This document shows, one piece after another, positions 16,601-16,946 of a stretch of 16,946 bases of DNA. The position numbers and the translations under genes are program-made. This DNA comes from Silvanigrellaceae bacterium (GTDB taxonomy: Bacteria; Bdellovibrionota_B; Oligoflexia; Silvanigrellales; Silvanigrellaceae): the NCBI GenBank assembly GCA_049423385.1, contig JBMSQQ010000073.1, forward strand, positions 1 through 16,946, read 5' to 3'. Every line of letters begins with the position of its first letter. The first letter of the stretch is position 1. The notes below the pieces were generated by a model that worked only from the letters and a program-made list of their open reading frames with translations, made no database searches and was not told the DNA's origin.

Positions 16601-16946
16601 ACTGCAGGCTGTCAGCAAGAATCTTGAAAACCTGACTTCTGTTGCTGAAACTGCGAATCAGGGCAACTCGGCTGATTTGGAAAAGCTGAAGGCCAATGTT
16701 CAAGCCCTGAACGACAAGCTTGCCAAGTTCGACAAGCTCGACGAAAAAGTCAACAGAATCGGCGCAGCATCGGCAACTTCATTTGGCTTGATTGCCGCAA
16801 TGGCAGCTCGCATGGGTTATTCGGACCTGGTCGACAAGGCGAAGTCTGAAGTGGCAAAACTTGCGGATATTGCCACTGTCGACCCTTCACTTTTCCTGCC
16901 GATGGGCTGCAAGTCCACGTCGCACTTCTTCAACTACGCAGAGCTC
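13674..16946 (+). CDS. Very large coiled-coil lipoprotein (>=1091 aa), 3'-truncated by window edge
   Basis: Manually translated with no stop from ATG 13674 to the window end. AAGGAG RBS at 13662-13667. MKRLLKRNFPTFPLALTVLGVVGAS-C26 is a signal peptide II-like sequence. A long A/L/E/K/Q-rich helical region is followed by a Gly/Cys/aromatic-containing domain. Confidence 0.9.
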   Translation, partial: MKRLLKRNFPTFPLALTVLGVVGASCGLRETKSSSTTSLLGQIQKASNAGAVTATPKTSVQIDELKKQLRDATEFWKLSLEKESKERKDADDSIRADVLSLSEKLEALRGRLDSEIARLDKTLRDEFDAKLKAQEASLTAKISAETNARESALRAVDESLRATKSELEGKISSLDKKTQDSILLTNEKLAAAEARLTALVETTNQATLDKLNKTKAELISDMKGLEDRANKSIESVKTELQLMINTNDAAAQAKFAELQSQLKLAKSALEAQQASLKLQMDTANAELKSALSVSNQALTDRIHTLDLVTQGQLSAVKTELETKILNNGSELSTLISLAREEAQNNLVTAIGVQNAQLVSVMTEADNALRAELSNKIATESASQAAALQAFKQEVDATYAKQVDLIALQGVVNGLTNAMNILDHKVDDNDKRLSDAVRNVRMELIGKIGNVQASVTSLRGDFLSHVKAYNLKVAELAAQTRKAASDLRAEMATAAAHDESQRAKLQAAIEDLSVKLTNTEDFAIKTRDALTGKIVELEQRDSELSNDIRDARNDATAELSAAIAEEQQARQAIAADVKKLQAEVERVSQVASQALSLSKANELAVAGLKTDLAEAQARWDSELKQLRGDMEKEIGDIRAQSQLIIRGLGLDAQTHFAETATQLADVKNKIAGLVSEMGRAIEKGIQLSSDPVVKSSSAEKAAAFNKKVSKDLSQSWGGKMITLQDLASQRMDDFTKVLGRVESEFLLAIDYAEVLNDDQKTQDLYAMNSSFISKVVNLKNSAGVSVCSGSSDGDVRDNVPLVMASVNNNEFWAHIARAYVQMVVSGSRTGDAELDKIFHGTAALADGQGFQSALAMASLPSMAAGAGGECISRVNDWAKGMLFGTSDVSVRLRNGLAARAGLKKLLTEGSLEAAYKGLASPASSIEAIATESLKPAFGNDASKVATYMRSGDVAKGDPGFFATASQILQEYGSTLAQLQAVSKNLENLTSVAETANQGNSADLEKLKANVQALNDKLAKFDKLDEKVNRIGAASATSFGLIAAMAARMGYSDLVDKAKSEVAKLADIATVDPSLFLPMGCKSTSHFFNYAEL

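Noticed and set aside
16680..16830. KLDEKVNRIGAASATSFG resembles the entry helix of a YadA-type anchor
   Set aside because: It is followed by helical sequence rather than four beta-strands and a C-terminal aromatic residue, and the ORF continues.

Overview
Gene-dense bacterial chromosomal window with 16 supportable CDSs. The diderm features (lipoproteins, a beta-barrel protein, IHF) and the style of the proteins suggest Bdellovibrionota/Oligoflexia-like bacteria; this is inference only. From left to right: a 5'-truncated IRG/IIGP-like GTPase and a small lipoprotein; a recombination trio (rmuC, a divergent XerC/D-like tyrosine recombinase, ihfA); a 4-TM protein translationally coupled to trpS; an orphan lipoprotein; an outer-membrane protein with a degenerate OmpA-like domain placed before its barrel; two convergent RDD genes, a rhomboid protease and a YiiX-like permuted papain lipoprotein; a CNT nucleoside transporter; a Cys-rich lipoprotein preceded by a sigma54/IHF-like promoter. 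The window ends in a very large lipoprotein ORF (13674 to the window end, >=1091 aa) that the ORF track misses because it has no stop codon here. It contains a 633-residue proline-free coiled-coil region. I saw no rRNA, tRNA, CRISPR array, IS element or dif site.
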